From assembly GCA_001567545.1 (NCBI GenBank), contig LLZO01000385.1:1318-65317 (forward strand): a stretch of 64,000 bases of DNA. Reading direction: 5' to 3'. Position numbers and translations under genes: made by a program. Shown one piece after another: positions 18,331-28,358 of the stretch (the stretch's first letter is position 1; every line of letters starts with the position of its first letter). Source of the stretch: Candidatus Tepidiaquacellales bacterium OLB5. GTDB taxonomy: Bacteria; Bacteroidota; Ignavibacteria; Tepidaquicellales; OLB5. The notes under the pieces were generated by a model. That model saw nothing but the letters and a program-made list of their open reading frames with translations. It did not search any database and was not told where the DNA came from.

Positions 18331-20028
18331 TTAATATAAATAAGCTGCGGGATTTTTATTTTCATAAACTACTTCACCCCGTATTATGGTCATCAGCACA
18401 TTTGTTTTTAGCAAAACAGCCGGGTCGCTGTTAAGTATATCTTCAGATAATACAACCATGTCTGCAAGCTTATCTTTTTCAAGGGTGCCTTTTAATTCTT
18501 CTGCAAATGATGCGTAAGCAGAATAGACAGTGAATGATCTTAATGCTTCCATCACAGTTAACTTTTGAGCTGTGTTGTTTGCAATTCTGTTTGCTGCAGT
18601 ATCTAATGCCAGTCCGCTGGAAAGATAATACATTACAATTAATGGACTGATAGTATGGTAAGGAAAATCGGTTCCCGATACTATTATGTTATTTTGTTTA
18701 TATAAATTGTTCCATAAACCGAGGTTTTGCATATTTTCCGGCTTAATTATCTCGCCAACAATTACTTTATCGGTTAAAGTAACTTCCGGTCTTATGCTTG
18801 GTATTATTTCAAGCTGTTTTATCCTCTGCATGTCTGCCGGATTCACAAACTCAAGGTATTCAAGCCGCATTCTGCCGGCTTTGGATTTCACTTCCTTGTT
18901 AACTGATTCTATTGCATTAAGTGTATTCGTTAATGCGCGGTCTCCAACAGTCTTTACTGATACCTGGAAGTCTTTTTCATTTGCCTTAGAGGTCATTTCT
19001 TTAATATCAAACTCATCATTAAAGGGTATCATCCTTTTTGGCTCTTCATTGTAGTCATTTTCCATTGCTGCATCCTGGTTTTCAAAATAGCCGTCATACT
19101 CTAAACTAAAGCATTTAATATTTATCCTGTCCTTATAATTTTCGGGACCGCTTTGCAGGTATTTTTCAAATAGGGGACCTTTACCGGGTATCATAGCATA
19201 AAGCCTTATGGGGAATTTGTTATCATCCACCATTTTTTTGTATACGCTTAATCCCTGCTCTGTAATATTTGCATCGTTTATTTCTGTGATGCCGTATTTA
19301 AACAGCTCATTAATTCCCCTGGAAATATTGCCCATTACTTCCTGTTCAGAAGGCTGGGGCAGTATGTTAATTACCAATTCCTGGGCTGCTTCATAAAATA
19401 AACCTGTTGGATTTCCTGAATCATCAAAACCAATTTCACCATTTTCAGGGTCTGGTGTATCTTTATTTACCTTAGTAAGCTCCAGAACTTTCTTATTTAC
19501 CCAGGTAGTGTTGCCCAATGCATTCACAAGGTAAATGTTCTGCTGGGCAGAAACACCGTCAAGAAGCGTGTGATGCAGTTTTGCAAGGTCCGCTTCGCTG
19601 AGCTTCAGCTCATCCCAGCCAAAGCCGCCAATCCAGTCATTTGGCTTAGAGGTTTTTACACGCTCACGAACAATGTTAAGGATTTCATCAACCGATCTGG
19701 CATTTCGCAGGTCAAGCAGGCTTAACTGCTTGGAAAACTCCATAAGATTAGCCTCTGCATCTATAAAGCCCGGTACAACTGTTTTACCTTTAAGATCAAT
19801 AACCTTTGCATTCTTGTATTTTTCTGTAAGCTCACTGGATTTACCAAGCGCAAGTATTCTTCCGTCATAAACAGCTATTGCTTCAACAATTGTATTGTTT
19901 TTATCCAGTGTATAAATCTTGCCGTTAATATAAATTACTTCCGGTGTTTTGCTGCAGGATGCCAGAAATAAACAAAAAACTGCAATAAATAGTATATTTA
20001 AAACCTTCAGGGTCTTTAATGATCTCAT
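18331..20028 (-). CDS. Amidohydrolase-fold (YtcJ/Amidohydro_3-like) lipoprotein with non-canonical metal-site residues
   Basis: Lipobox LFLASCS. Family blocks are recognisable (GKTVVPGFIDAEAN, VKTVGDRA, GTDFP, MTIIRGEVVY), but the positions that normally carry His are E/N, K and others. Confidence 0.65.
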   Translation of the reverse strand: MRSLKTLKVLNILFIAVFCLFLASCSKTPEVIYINGKIYTLDKNNTIVEAIAVYDGRILALGKSSELTEKYKNAKVIDLKGKTVVPGFIDAEANLMEFSKQLSLLDLRNARSVDEILNIVRERVKTSKPNDWIGGFGWDELKLSEADLAKLHHTLLDGVSAQQNIYLVNALGNTTWVNKKVLELTKVNKDTPDPENGEIGFDDSGNPTGLFYEAAQELVINILPQPSEQEVMGNISRGINELFKYGITEINDANITEQGLSVYKKMVDDNKFPIRLYAMIPGKGPLFEKYLQSGPENYKDRINIKCFSLEYDGYFENQDAAMENDYNEEPKRMIPFNDEFDIKEMTSKANEKDFQVSVKTVGDRALTNTLNAIESVNKEVKSKAGRMRLEYLEFVNPADMQRIKQLEIIPSIRPEVTLTDKVIVGEIIKPENMQNLGLWNNLYKQNNIIVSGTDFPYHTISPLIVMYYLSSGLALDTAANRIANNTAQKLTVMEALRSFTVYSAYASFAEELKGTLEKDKLADMVVLSEDILNSDPAVLLKTNVLMTIIRGEVVYENKNPAAYLY

Positions 20029-20273
20029 CTGATTAAATTAAATTATTGCTGCAAATATAGCCAAATTTAAGGTTACGAAAAATGAAGATAATTGTAAGAT
20101 GTAATATGAAATATTTTCAATTTATTAAAAATTTTACCCCGGGAGTTATAATATGAATAATTTAATAGAAATATAACCATGACCTAAAAAGCTGCAATAA
20201 ACTGATTCAAATTGAGTTTTGTCATCCATTTTACAGTTTAATCTATCATTTAATAGCCATAATTTTGCAGTAT

Positions 20274-21404
20274 ATGGATGAAAACAGGAAAATACTGGCG
20301 AAAAAGTACGAGAAGATTAAGCTTTCAGTTAATATCATTGAATCTGTTCTCTATCTGATCTTGCTTTTCGCTTTCCTTTACCTAGGTTACAGCAAAAAGC
20401 TGGAGCTTTTTGCATTTGGTTATACCACTAATCCCTATATAGCTTTGGTTATTTACGGTCTGGTTATCGGGCTTGTCAGCTCAGTTTTATCCTTTCCAAT
20501 CGATTATTTCTTCGGTTTCAGGCTGGAGCATAAATTCGGGCTTTCAAACCTGACTTTCTTCGGGTGGATAGGGGAAAAAGCTAAAGCTGCGCTTGTTGGC
20601 GCTGTGATAGGCGCACCAATTGCATTCCTTTTCTACTGGCTAATTTCCAATTATGAATTATGGTGGTTTTACCTTGGATGCATTGTGTTCGGTTACTCGG
20701 TTATACTGGCTCAGATTGCGCCGGTACTTATCTTTCCGCTGTTTTATAAATTCACCCCGATAGAAAACGAAGACATTAAAAACCGCTTAATGGATCTATG
20801 CAGCCGTGCCGGATTTAAAGTGAGCGGTGTATATAAATTCAACATGAGCAAAACCACGAAGAAGGCTAATGCCGCATTCACCGGACTTGGCAGAACCAAA
20901 CGTATAATCTTAGGCGATACACTTCTGGAAACATTTACCGAAAAGGAGATTGAAACGGTATTTGCTCATGAGCTCGGTCATTATAAAAAAGGGCATATAG
21001 TAAAAAATATATTCATATCGCTTTTCGGGACGTTTGCGGGGCTTTTCATAATGTCACAGATTTACACGGCATTGTTCCCGGTTTTTGGTTTCACCAAGCC
21101 ATATGAAATAGCGGCTTTGCCGCTGCTTGCGGCTATTGCTGCAATATACAGTTTTTTAATAAGTCCGCTGACCTCTGCCATTTCCCGTAAATTTGAGTTC
21201 GAAGCAGACCGCTTTGCTGTAGATACAACCGGCGACCCCGAAGCGCTTGCCAGCACTATGACTAAGCTTGCCGAGCAGAATCTGGCAAACGATGAACCAA
21301 GTCCGCTGGTTGAGTTTTGGTCTTATTCACATCCCTCGATAAAAAGAAGAATTGAAGCTGCCAATGAATATTATAAGTTGAAATTTGAAGGAGCATCAGC
21401 TTAA
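20274..21404 (+). CDS. M48 family (Ste24/HtpX-like) membrane zinc metalloprotease
   Basis: Multiple N-terminal TM helices, HELGHYKKGH (HExxH), downstream EFEADRFA. The ORF track starts at TTG 20265. I prefer ATG 20274 because the TTG lies inside a TAATTTTG promoter-like motif. Confidence 0.82.
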   Translation: MDENRKILAKKYEKIKLSVNIIESVLYLILLFAFLYLGYSKKLELFAFGYTTNPYIALVIYGLVIGLVSSVLSFPIDYFFGFRLEHKFGLSNLTFFGWIGEKAKAALVGAVIGAPIAFLFYWLISNYELWWFYLGCIVFGYSVILAQIAPVLIFPLFYKFTPIENEDIKNRLMDLCSRAGFKVSGVYKFNMSKTTKKANAAFTGLGRTKRIILGDTLLETFTEKEIETVFAHELGHYKKGHIVKNIFISLFGTFAGLFIMSQIYTALFPVFGFTKPYEIAALPLLAAIAAIYSFLISPLTSAISRKFEFEADRFAVDTTGDPEALASTMTKLAEQNLANDEPSPLVEFWSYSHPSIKRRIEAANEYYKLKFEGASA

Positions 21405-21405
21405 A

Positions 21406-22365
21406 ATGAAAACAAGGATTTTATTGACAATAGGTGATTATAACGGAATTGGTCCGGAAATTATACTTAAAACCTTTAAAAATAAAACTATAACCGGGAA
21501 ATATTATCTTACCGTTATTGCTCCGCCTGAAGTATTATCGTACTATTCACGCAAATATAAAATAAAGCTTTTTGCTGATGACTTTGATATAATTCCAATA
21601 AACACAGGCAAAATAAAAATTGCCCCCGGAAAGCTTAATGCTCATGCAGGCTTTACGGCAGGAACTGCCATTAAAACAGCTGTTGATCTTTGTATGGCAG
21701 GTGAATATGACGCCATTGTTACTGCCCCGGTTAATAAAAAATCACTTAATCTGGGCGGTTTTAATTTTAAGGGGCATACAGAAATGCTTACTGCATTAAG
21801 CGGAGTCAAAGATTCATGTATGGTAATGCTTTCAGATGTATTAAACATTGCATTTGCTACAACTCATCCGCCGGTAAAAAAAATAGCATCATTGATAACA
21901 CCGTCGTTTCTAGCATCTAAATTCAGGATATGTACGGAAGTATTAAAAAATCTGGGCAGGATAACCGGGGAAATCGGAGTACTTGGATTGAATCCCCATG
22001 CAGGTGATGAAGGCCAAATTGGGGACGAGGAACAGAAAATAATCATTCCCGCTATAAATAGGGCAAATAAAAAAAACGGGAAAATAAAATTTTCGGGACC
22101 TTTTTCTCCCGATGCATTTTTTGCAACAAAAAAATACCGTAATTTTGCGTTTACGTTTGCGATGTATCATGACCAGGGTTTTATACCGTTCAAAATGCTC
22201 GCTGGCTATAAAGGTACAAATTTTACCGCAGGTTTACCGTTTGTCAGAACATCACCGGACCATGGTACTGCGTTTGACATTGCAGGTAAAAATACTGCAA
22301 GCCCCGTGAGCTTGATCGAAGCAGTAAAATGGGCAGATAAATTAACTCGAAACAGGAAAAAATAA
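21406..22365 (+). CDS. pdxA: 4-hydroxythreonine-4-phosphate dehydrogenase
   Basis: PdxA pattern: ILLTIGDYNGIGPEI, VTAPVNK, GHTEML, NPHAGD/E, YHDQG, TSPDHGTAFDIAG. ATG 21406 preferred over the upstream TTG 21385. Confidence 0.88.
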   Translation: MKTRILLTIGDYNGIGPEIILKTFKNKTITGKYYLTVIAPPEVLSYYSRKYKIKLFADDFDIIPINTGKIKIAPGKLNAHAGFTAGTAIKTAVDLCMAGEYDAIVTAPVNKKSLNLGGFNFKGHTEMLTALSGVKDSCMVMLSDVLNIAFATTHPPVKKIASLITPSFLASKFRICTEVLKNLGRITGEIGVLGLNPHAGDEGQIGDEEQKIIIPAINRANKKNGKIKFSGPFSPDAFFATKKYRNFAFTFAMYHDQGFIPFKMLAGYKGTNFTAGLPFVRTSPDHGTAFDIAGKNTASPVSLIEAVKWADKLTRNRKK

Positions 22366-22366
22366 T

Positions 22367-23035
22367 TTGATAAATTTTAACAACATCTCTTTTTCATATC
22401 CATCTAAAGAGCTATTCCATGATGTTTCATTCCAGATTGATAAAGGTGAATTTGTATTCCTGATAGGGGAAAGCGGAACAGGTAAAACTTCACTGCTTAG
22501 AATGATAAATATGGAGCTGTTCCCGCAGAAAGGTGAGCTTATTGTTTACGGGTTCAATTCACAGCATATTAAAAAACCGGAAATCCCTGTTTTAAGAAGA
22601 AAAATAGGTTTTGTGTTCCAGGATTATAAGCTGCTTAATGACAGGGATGTTTTTGAAAATGTTGCCCTACCTCTGTATCTGGCGGGAATGAAACCCGATG
22701 TTATAAAGAAAAAGGTATTTAATATTTTAAGCGAAGTTGGCGTACTGGATTCATACAAAAGAATGCCTATGGAGCTTTCAGGAGGCGAGCAGCAGCGCGT
22801 ATCCATTGCTCGGGCAATGGTTAATGAACCATACATTTTAATTGCAGATGAGCCAACTGGAAATCTTGACCCTTTTGTTTCATTTGAAATTATTAAGCTG
22901 CTTCTGAATATTAATTTTAAGGGTACAGCGGTATTTATTGCAACTCACAATTATGAAATAGTTAAAAGGCTGAAAAGCAAACGCCTGCTTCAGATAAAAG
23001 ATAAAAAAGTACTGGATGTGGTAATTAAAGAGTAG
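22367..23035 (+). CDS. ftsE: Cell-division ABC ATPase FtsE
   Basis: 222-aa ABC ATPase. Walker A GESGTGKTS, signature LSGGEQQR, Walker B ILIADEPTGNLD. FtsE-typical size. No ftsX follows, because a terminator comes next. Confidence 0.75.
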   Translation: MINFNNISFSYPSKELFHDVSFQIDKGEFVFLIGESGTGKTSLLRMINMELFPQKGELIVYGFNSQHIKKPEIPVLRRKIGFVFQDYKLLNDRDVFENVALPLYLAGMKPDVIKKKVFNILSEVGVLDSYKRMPMELSGGEQQRVSIARAMVNEPYILIADEPTGNLDPFVSFEIIKLLLNINFKGTAVFIATHNYEIVKRLKSKRLLQIKDKKVLDVVIKE

Positions 23036-23045
23036 AAATGATAAT

Positions 23046-23072
23046 AAACAAGGGGCTTAAAGCCCCTTGTTT
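23046..23072. terminator. Bidirectional terminator between convergent ftsE and TPR genes
   Basis: Perfect inverted repeat aaacaaggggctt a aagccccttgttt, with A/T runs on both sides. Confidence 0.85.
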
Positions 23073-23082
23073 ATTATAAATA

Positions 23083-24492
23083 TTAACTATCCCGGTTGAT
23101 AAGGAACTGCAGAACGCGTTCCCAGTCCTTTTCGAAATCAAAATAAAATCTTTCATGCGGATTAATTGCAAATGCAATTTCGATGTATTTTAATCCCGAT
23201 TCAATTTCTGCCAGCAGAAAATGCAGCTTTGCCTTTGCATAATACGGCTCTGCCCATGCTGCGCCTTTTGATATCAGCTTTGTCAATAATATGTCGGCTT
23301 CAGAAAACATCTCAGCATCTATATATGTATTTGCCAGATCCAAAGCTGCCTGGTTATTTTCAGGGTTCAGCCTTAGAACAGTATTATAGCTTAAAATTGA
23401 TTCATGCAGCTTCCCGAGGTTATATTCTGCATCAGCTTTGGCATACCAAAGCTCGGGATTCTCCTTAAACAGCTCCACAGCCTTGTCATAATCCCGCAAA
23501 GCCTTATTGAAATCTTCTATCTGGTAATAACAGTTGCCCCTGCCGAAATATGATTCATAATGCCCCGGCTCTACATTTACTGCCTTTGAAAATAATTCAA
23601 TTGCATTCCGGTACTGGTCCATTTGTTCATATGCGCTGGCCAGATTATATAATGTATAAACATCCTTCCTGTTGATGCCAAGAGCTGTTTTGTAGTCATT
23701 AATAGCTCTCGTAAGTATCCCGAGGCTTGCATAAGCATTTGCTTTATTATACCATGCAGAAGCAAATTTTGGGCTGATAGTTAATGCCATTTCATATGCT
23801 TCGATTGCATAATAGTATCTGCCCATTCTGCTTAATACCACACCTTTGTTATACCAAGCATTGTAATTGAAAGGTACAATTGCCAGGTGCTTTTCATATG
23901 CAGCTAATGAATCCGTTAACCTGTCTATGTAATCAAAACAATAGCCCATTTCGTAATATGAATCTTTGTGATCCGGGTCAAGCTCAATAATTTTTTTAAA
24001 ACAACCGATTGCATCTTCAAAACGGTCGCATTTTTCCAGTATTAAACCCTTATTGAAAAGCGCATCTATGTTATTAGGAGAAAAATTAAGAACTGCATCA
24101 AAGCACTCAAGTGATTCCGGGAATTGTCCTGAATTATCAAGTGTAATTCCTTTGTTTATCAGCGATTCCTCATCATTAGGGTTCAGTGTAATTGCTTTAT
24201 CAAAACATTCAACTGCAGTTTTATATTCTCCTTTATGATCATAAATAATGGCTTTTCTCTGCCACAGTTCATTTGAATACGGAAAGTAATCAAGCAGTGA
24301 ATTAAGACAAGACAATGCCTTTGAATACATACTTTTTTCAAGCAGGTAGTTAACAATATCATCTATCGAATCAATATCAAGATCGGTCATGATACGCTCA
24401 TTTTTATTAATCAGAGCGTCAATCAGCTGTTCCTTATCATGATGTTTTTTCTTTGAGCTTTCTTCAAACTCTATGTCGTCAAGATACCCCAA
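23083..24492 (-). CDS. Tetratricopeptide (TPR) repeat protein
   Basis: About 11 consecutive 34-aa TPR units (repeating W/Y..KG/A....Y..A...Y.KAL..NP). TTG start, uncertain. Confidence 0.8.
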   Translation of the reverse strand: MGYLDDIEFEESSKKKHHDKEQLIDALINKNERIMTDLDIDSIDDIVNYLLEKSMYSKALSCLNSLLDYFPYSNELWQRKAIIYDHKGEYKTAVECFDKAITLNPNDEESLINKGITLDNSGQFPESLECFDAVLNFSPNNIDALFNKGLILEKCDRFEDAIGCFKKIIELDPDHKDSYYEMGYCFDYIDRLTDSLAAYEKHLAIVPFNYNAWYNKGVVLSRMGRYYYAIEAYEMALTISPKFASAWYNKANAYASLGILTRAINDYKTALGINRKDVYTLYNLASAYEQMDQYRNAIELFSKAVNVEPGHYESYFGRGNCYYQIEDFNKALRDYDKAVELFKENPELWYAKADAEYNLGKLHESILSYNTVLRLNPENNQAALDLANTYIDAEMFSEADILLTKLISKGAAWAEPYYAKAKLHFLLAEIESGLKYIEIAFAINPHERFYFDFEKDWERVLQFLINRDS

Positions 24493-24702
24493 ATATTTTC
24501 CTTTGCATTTTTAATTAGTTCAATCTAAAATTTTTTTACTGATATGTCAAGTTAATATTACCAGTTAGAAGGTGTAAAAATTTTTACACTGTTTAATATC
24601 TACAGTGATTATTATTCTTGTAGCTCATCTGAAAAAATACCTTTATTGAAAATTTATTAAATAAGAGTTAAAATTGAATAATCCTGTTTTTTTAAGGATC
24701 GG

Positions 24703-25365
24703 TTAGTCATTCCATACAAGCTCAAACAGTAGGAATGATGCTGTAATTACAACAATTGTATAAGATACCATCATCTGGATCTCTCCGGCTATTGCCCCGA
24801 AACCTGCTCCTTCTATGGTAAGCCACGTAGCGCTTATTGATGCAAGCAGGAGGGGCAGAAGCAGCGGGAAAGATAAAACCGGGTAAAGAGTGCCTTTAGA
24901 ACTTGCTTTAGAAATCAATGCTGCGATTATGGTCATTACAGAGGATAATCCGAAATTACCCAACCCGATAACAAGCGAAAATAACCCGGGGCTTTTTATA
25001 TCAAGTCCGGTTATAAGTATGTAAAGTATAATAATAAGCAGGTTTATAATAAATGTTAAAAGTGTATTAAATATCAGCTTGCCCAGAAAAACGGATTGTG
25101 CAGAAGCGCTTAATTTTAATACCAGTGAAGTTCCCCTTTCTTCTTCTGCAACAAATACCCGTGAAAGACCATTTGATGTTGCAAAGAAAATTATTATCCA
25201 TAACAAACCGCCGTTAAGCTCGCTAGATAGCTTATCTTCTCCGAGTGAAAATTTAATTACTGATATAACAACTATAATGAACATCAGCAGGGCATTAACA
25301 GCATAACGGGTGCGTATTTCGCTGTTAAAATCTTTTCTGCATATTGCCAGTGCCTGCTTAAACAT
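24703..25365 (-). CDS. ccmB: ABC exporter permease, CcmB-like (heme exporter protein B)
   Basis: 220 aa with 6 predicted TM helices. LSRVFVAEEERGTSLVLKL resembles the CcmB LERLFxxDxxDGSLEQL block. Directly downstream of a CcmA-like ATPase. Confidence 0.6.
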   Translation of the reverse strand: MFKQALAICRKDFNSEIRTRYAVNALLMFIIVVISVIKFSLGEDKLSSELNGGLLWIIIFFATSNGLSRVFVAEEERGTSLVLKLSASAQSVFLGKLIFNTLLTFIINLLIIILYILITGLDIKSPGLFSLVIGLGNFGLSSVMTIIAALISKASSKGTLYPVLSFPLLLPLLLASISATWLTIEGAGFGAIAGEIQMMVSYTIVVITASFLLFELVWND

Positions 25366-25370
25366 TTTTC

Positions 25371-26033
25371 TTATTGTTCTTTCCTTTTGCTGATATTTTC
25401 GTTCAGGTTAATTTCATTTTCGCACAAAGAGCGTTCATGAGCATCATTTGTAGCAATGATAACGATCCTGTCCTGCTTGTATTCTTTTACTATATCATCT
25501 ACTATTGATATGCCGTCAATATCCAAATTACTTGTGGGTTCATCCAGAAGCAGGACATCAGGTTTATGCAGAATAGAAAAAGCAATTTTAAGCCTTTGCT
25601 TCATACCCGATGAATAAATCTTCAGCAGGTCATTTTTTCTGGGAAATAAACCGACCCTTTTAAGCACATTATCAATATTACCGTGACCGCTGCCCCTTAT
25701 ATCACTTATTATCTTCAGGTTTTCATATCCGGTGAATTCATCGTAAAGATTCAGATATGGTGAAACGAAACCTATATATTTAAATACATTTTCGCGTTTT
25801 ACTTTTTTATCAGCATCAAAAAGGCTCAGTTCGCCAGATGACTGCGAAAGCAGGTTGGAAATAATTTTTATCAATGTGGATTTACCGGAACCGTTCCTGC
25901 CGGTAATAGCAGTAGAAGAACCGCTAGTCAGCGTGAAGCTGACATCTTCAAAAATTGGTTTTCTGTCGAATTTTCTTGTAAGGTTTTCTGCTTTTAATTT
26001 AATTGAACCCTGTGCAGCTGAATTTCCTTGCAT
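25371..26033 (-). CDS. ccmA: ABC transporter ATP-binding protein, CcmA-like
   Basis: Walker A GRNGSGKST, signature SSGMKQRL, Walker B LLLDEPTSNLD. The ABC ATPase call is secure. The CcmA assignment rests on pairing with the CcmB-like permease. Confidence 0.6.
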   Translation of the reverse strand: MQGNSAAQGSIKLKAENLTRKFDRKPIFEDVSFTLTSGSSTAITGRNGSGKSTLIKIISNLLSQSSGELSLFDADKKVKRENVFKYIGFVSPYLNLYDEFTGYENLKIISDIRGSGHGNIDNVLKRVGLFPRKNDLLKIYSSGMKQRLKIAFSILHKPDVLLLDEPTSNLDIDGISIVDDIVKEYKQDRIVIIATNDAHERSLCENEINLNENISKRKEQ

Positions 26034-26045
26034 TATGGATAAGAG

Positions 26046-26549
26046 TTAATTGTGAATAATTCCGTGTTTTTTGTTCAGCCTTTGCTCTCTTCTTACTAGG
26101 GCATCATTGAACCATTTATTTTCCTCGTCAGATTCAGGTACAACCTGTGGAACCTTTACTTTTTTATAGGTATCTGTATCTACGCTTACAAAAGTAAAAT
26201 AAGCGCTGTTGGAATGTTTTTTTTCTCCTGTTTTAAAATCTTCAACTTCAACTTTTACCCCCACTTCCATCGATGTATTAAATGCACGGTTTACGTTTGC
26301 TTTTAATGTTACTATGTTGCCTAATTTTATCGGTTCGTGGAAAGAGAGGTCATCTACAACTGCGGTTACTGCAACATGGTTGCAGTGGCGGGATGCAGCC
26401 ATAGCTGCAGCAATATCCATCCAGTGCATAAGCCTGCCGCCAAGCAGGTTCTTTAATATATTTGTATCATTAGGAAGCACAAGCTCTATCATGGTTACCT
26501 GTGATTCTTTCATGGTTTTCTGCAAATTATCTGCCATTTTCAGTTCCAA
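26046..26549 (-). CDS. Acyl-CoA thioesterase (hotdog fold, YciA-like)
   Basis: LPNDTN..LGGRLMHWMDIAAAMAASRH...VTAVVDDLSFHEPIKLG...SMEVGVKV pattern. Confidence 0.82.
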   Translation of the reverse strand: MELKMADNLQKTMKESQVTMIELVLPNDTNILKNLLGGRLMHWMDIAAAMAASRHCNHVAVTAVVDDLSFHEPIKLGNIVTLKANVNRAFNTSMEVGVKVEVEDFKTGEKKHSNSAYFTFVSVDTDTYKKVKVPQVVPESDEENKWFNDALVRREQRLNKKHGIIHN

Positions 26550-26553
26550 TGAT

Positions 26554-27330
26554 TTATTTTTCTGCCTGCAGGTCTTTTATTCTGGATGATAAACGGTCTG
26601 CTTTGGTTTTAAGGCTGCTGTTTGGGAATAACTTATTAAATTTTTCCAGTACTTTTTTGGCCTCTTCATATTTCCTTCCACCAATGTACGCTTCTGCATG
26701 TCCAACCATTGCATCATCAGCCCAGTCAGAATCAATATACTCATCATACACTGCCTGGAAATATAGTGATGCAGCTTTGTAGTTATCTGTTTTCATATAA
26801 AGCTCGGCAGTCCAGTAATCTTTATAAGCAAGCTTATTACGCAATTCTTTAACTTTATTTTCAGCATCAGCTACATTCTTATCCTGAGGGTAAGATTCAA
26901 TAAATGATAAATACTGGTTTATTGCTTCTTTGGTAAACTCCTGGTCAAGAGAGTATTTAGGAGAAAGTCCGTAATAAGTATTGCCCAGCATATATTTAGC
27001 TTCAGGCATTAACGGACTTAAAGGAAAGTTTTTTACGAAGCTTTCAAACTCGTATGCAGCCATTATGAATTCTTTTTGATAGTAATAACTTGAAGCCAGA
27101 TAATATTGGACCTTATCTGATACTTCAGTTCCCGGAAAACGTATCTTAATGAAGGAAAGATCATCAATAGCTTCAACATATTCTTTTTTATCATACTTTC
27201 TTTTCGCAATATCAAACGCTTTCTGAGGATCATCAGTGTTGATATCATTTTTGCTTGAACCGCAGGCGGAAAAAAATACAGCAGCTGCTAAAAGAAATAA
27301 TGAGAGTTTTACTTTAATTAAAATTTTCAA
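26554..27330 (-). CDS. bamD: Outer membrane protein assembly factor BamD
   Basis: Lipobox FFSACGS and TPR-like BamD/YfiO blocks (FPGTEVSDKVQYYLASSYY, FVKNFPLSPLMPEAKYM, FIESYPQDKNV). Confidence 0.82.
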   Translation of the reverse strand: MKILIKVKLSLFLLAAAVFFSACGSSKNDINTDDPQKAFDIAKRKYDKKEYVEAIDDLSFIKIRFPGTEVSDKVQYYLASSYYYQKEFIMAAYEFESFVKNFPLSPLMPEAKYMLGNTYYGLSPKYSLDQEFTKEAINQYLSFIESYPQDKNVADAENKVKELRNKLAYKDYWTAELYMKTDNYKAASLYFQAVYDEYIDSDWADDAMVGHAEAYIGGRKYEEAKKVLEKFNKLFPNSSLKTKADRLSSRIKDLQAEK

Positions 27331-27354
27331 TTGTTACAGTTTTATGATTTATAT

Positions 27355-28017
27355 TTATTTTGATCTGACAGCGAAAAACAAAATTGCTGCTACAGCAGAA
27401 GCAGTGATAACTGCCGCCGGGAAAATTATTGATTCCAGAAGGCTTAGTCCCGGCGGTATACTTTGAGTAAATCTGTATTCAGGACTTTCATACCTTGAAT
27501 AATCTTCAAAAAAAATCTCATCTTCAAATTTTGAATTTAAATTTTCTTCGGCCAGAATGCTGCTGCTGTTATTTTTAATGCTTATTGCCAGGTCCGAAAT
27601 TATCCTGCGTTTCATGGTTTTTTCACCAAGGAATCCGTTTTTTATGAATACGGGGTATTCGGCTTTCAGCCTGATTACCTGTATAGCAAGCCTGTTATAA
27701 ACACTGTCAGGTGCCTCCATCTTTTCATCTTTGGCAAATGAATACCTGATGTTATTTTTATCTGCTGTTTTTCTTAAAACCTGTTCTGTGTATTTTTTTT
27801 CTTCTTTATTATTTTTAGAAGTGCTGACATAAAAAACAAATTTTTGCTCCCTGTTAATTTCAGGGTATAATAAAATTTTTTCAATACCTGCAGATATTTC
27901 GGAATCAAAAATTTCCAGATTGGTTTTACTGCTTATCTGAGATATGGATTCAAACTGAATTAATGCAAAAATATGAAAAAGAACCAAAAAAAATTTAAAA
28001 TTACGAAAAAATCTCAA
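27355..28017 (-). CDS. Hypothetical protein with N-terminal signal-like helix and C-terminal TM anchor
   Basis: The ORF is open to TTG 28194, but the upstream 60 codons look like AT-rich intergenic sequence. TTG 28017 gives MRFFRNFKFFLVLFHIFALIQF. C-terminal helix IIFPAAVITASAVAAILFFAV. No family recognised. Start uncertain. Confidence 0.45.
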   Translation of the reverse strand: MRFFRNFKFFLVLFHIFALIQFESISQISSKTNLEIFDSEISAGIEKILLYPEINREQKFVFYVSTSKNNKEEKKYTEQVLRKTADKNNIRYSFAKDEKMEAPDSVYNRLAIQVIRLKAEYPVFIKNGFLGEKTMKRRIISDLAISIKNNSSSILAEENLNSKFEDEIFFEDYSRYESPEYRFTQSIPPGLSLLESIIFPAAVITASAVAAILFFAVRSK

Positions 28018-28358
28018 TATTTTCTTTTTAAATATTGTCAAAAAATCAATTTCAGTAATAATTGATAAAATATTGAATAGTTTCAAAAATTTATTGGATA
28101 ATTTCAGTATAATTAATAACATTAAATATCCAAATAAATTTCGGTTATTTGCAGAATAACCTGACAAATTACAAATAAATAGATGGTCTTTCAAGGAAAT
28201 AAACCTGCTGATATGTTGTATAAATTGTTAAGATTTTTTCAAAAAATCAAAAAACTACACAAAATATATTTTTTAAATTACTTCCTTGAAACAGTCTAAA
28301 AATATGGGTAAAATTGCAGATTATTTAATAATTTTAAATGATTTAAGGCTCATTTTTG

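Noticed and set aside
28189-28291. 10-bp inverted repeat TTTCAAGGAA / TTCCTTGAAA separated by 83 nt in the divergent spacer
   Set aside because: About ten such short-range 10-bp inverted repeats are expected by chance in an AT-rich window of this size, and there is no supporting context.
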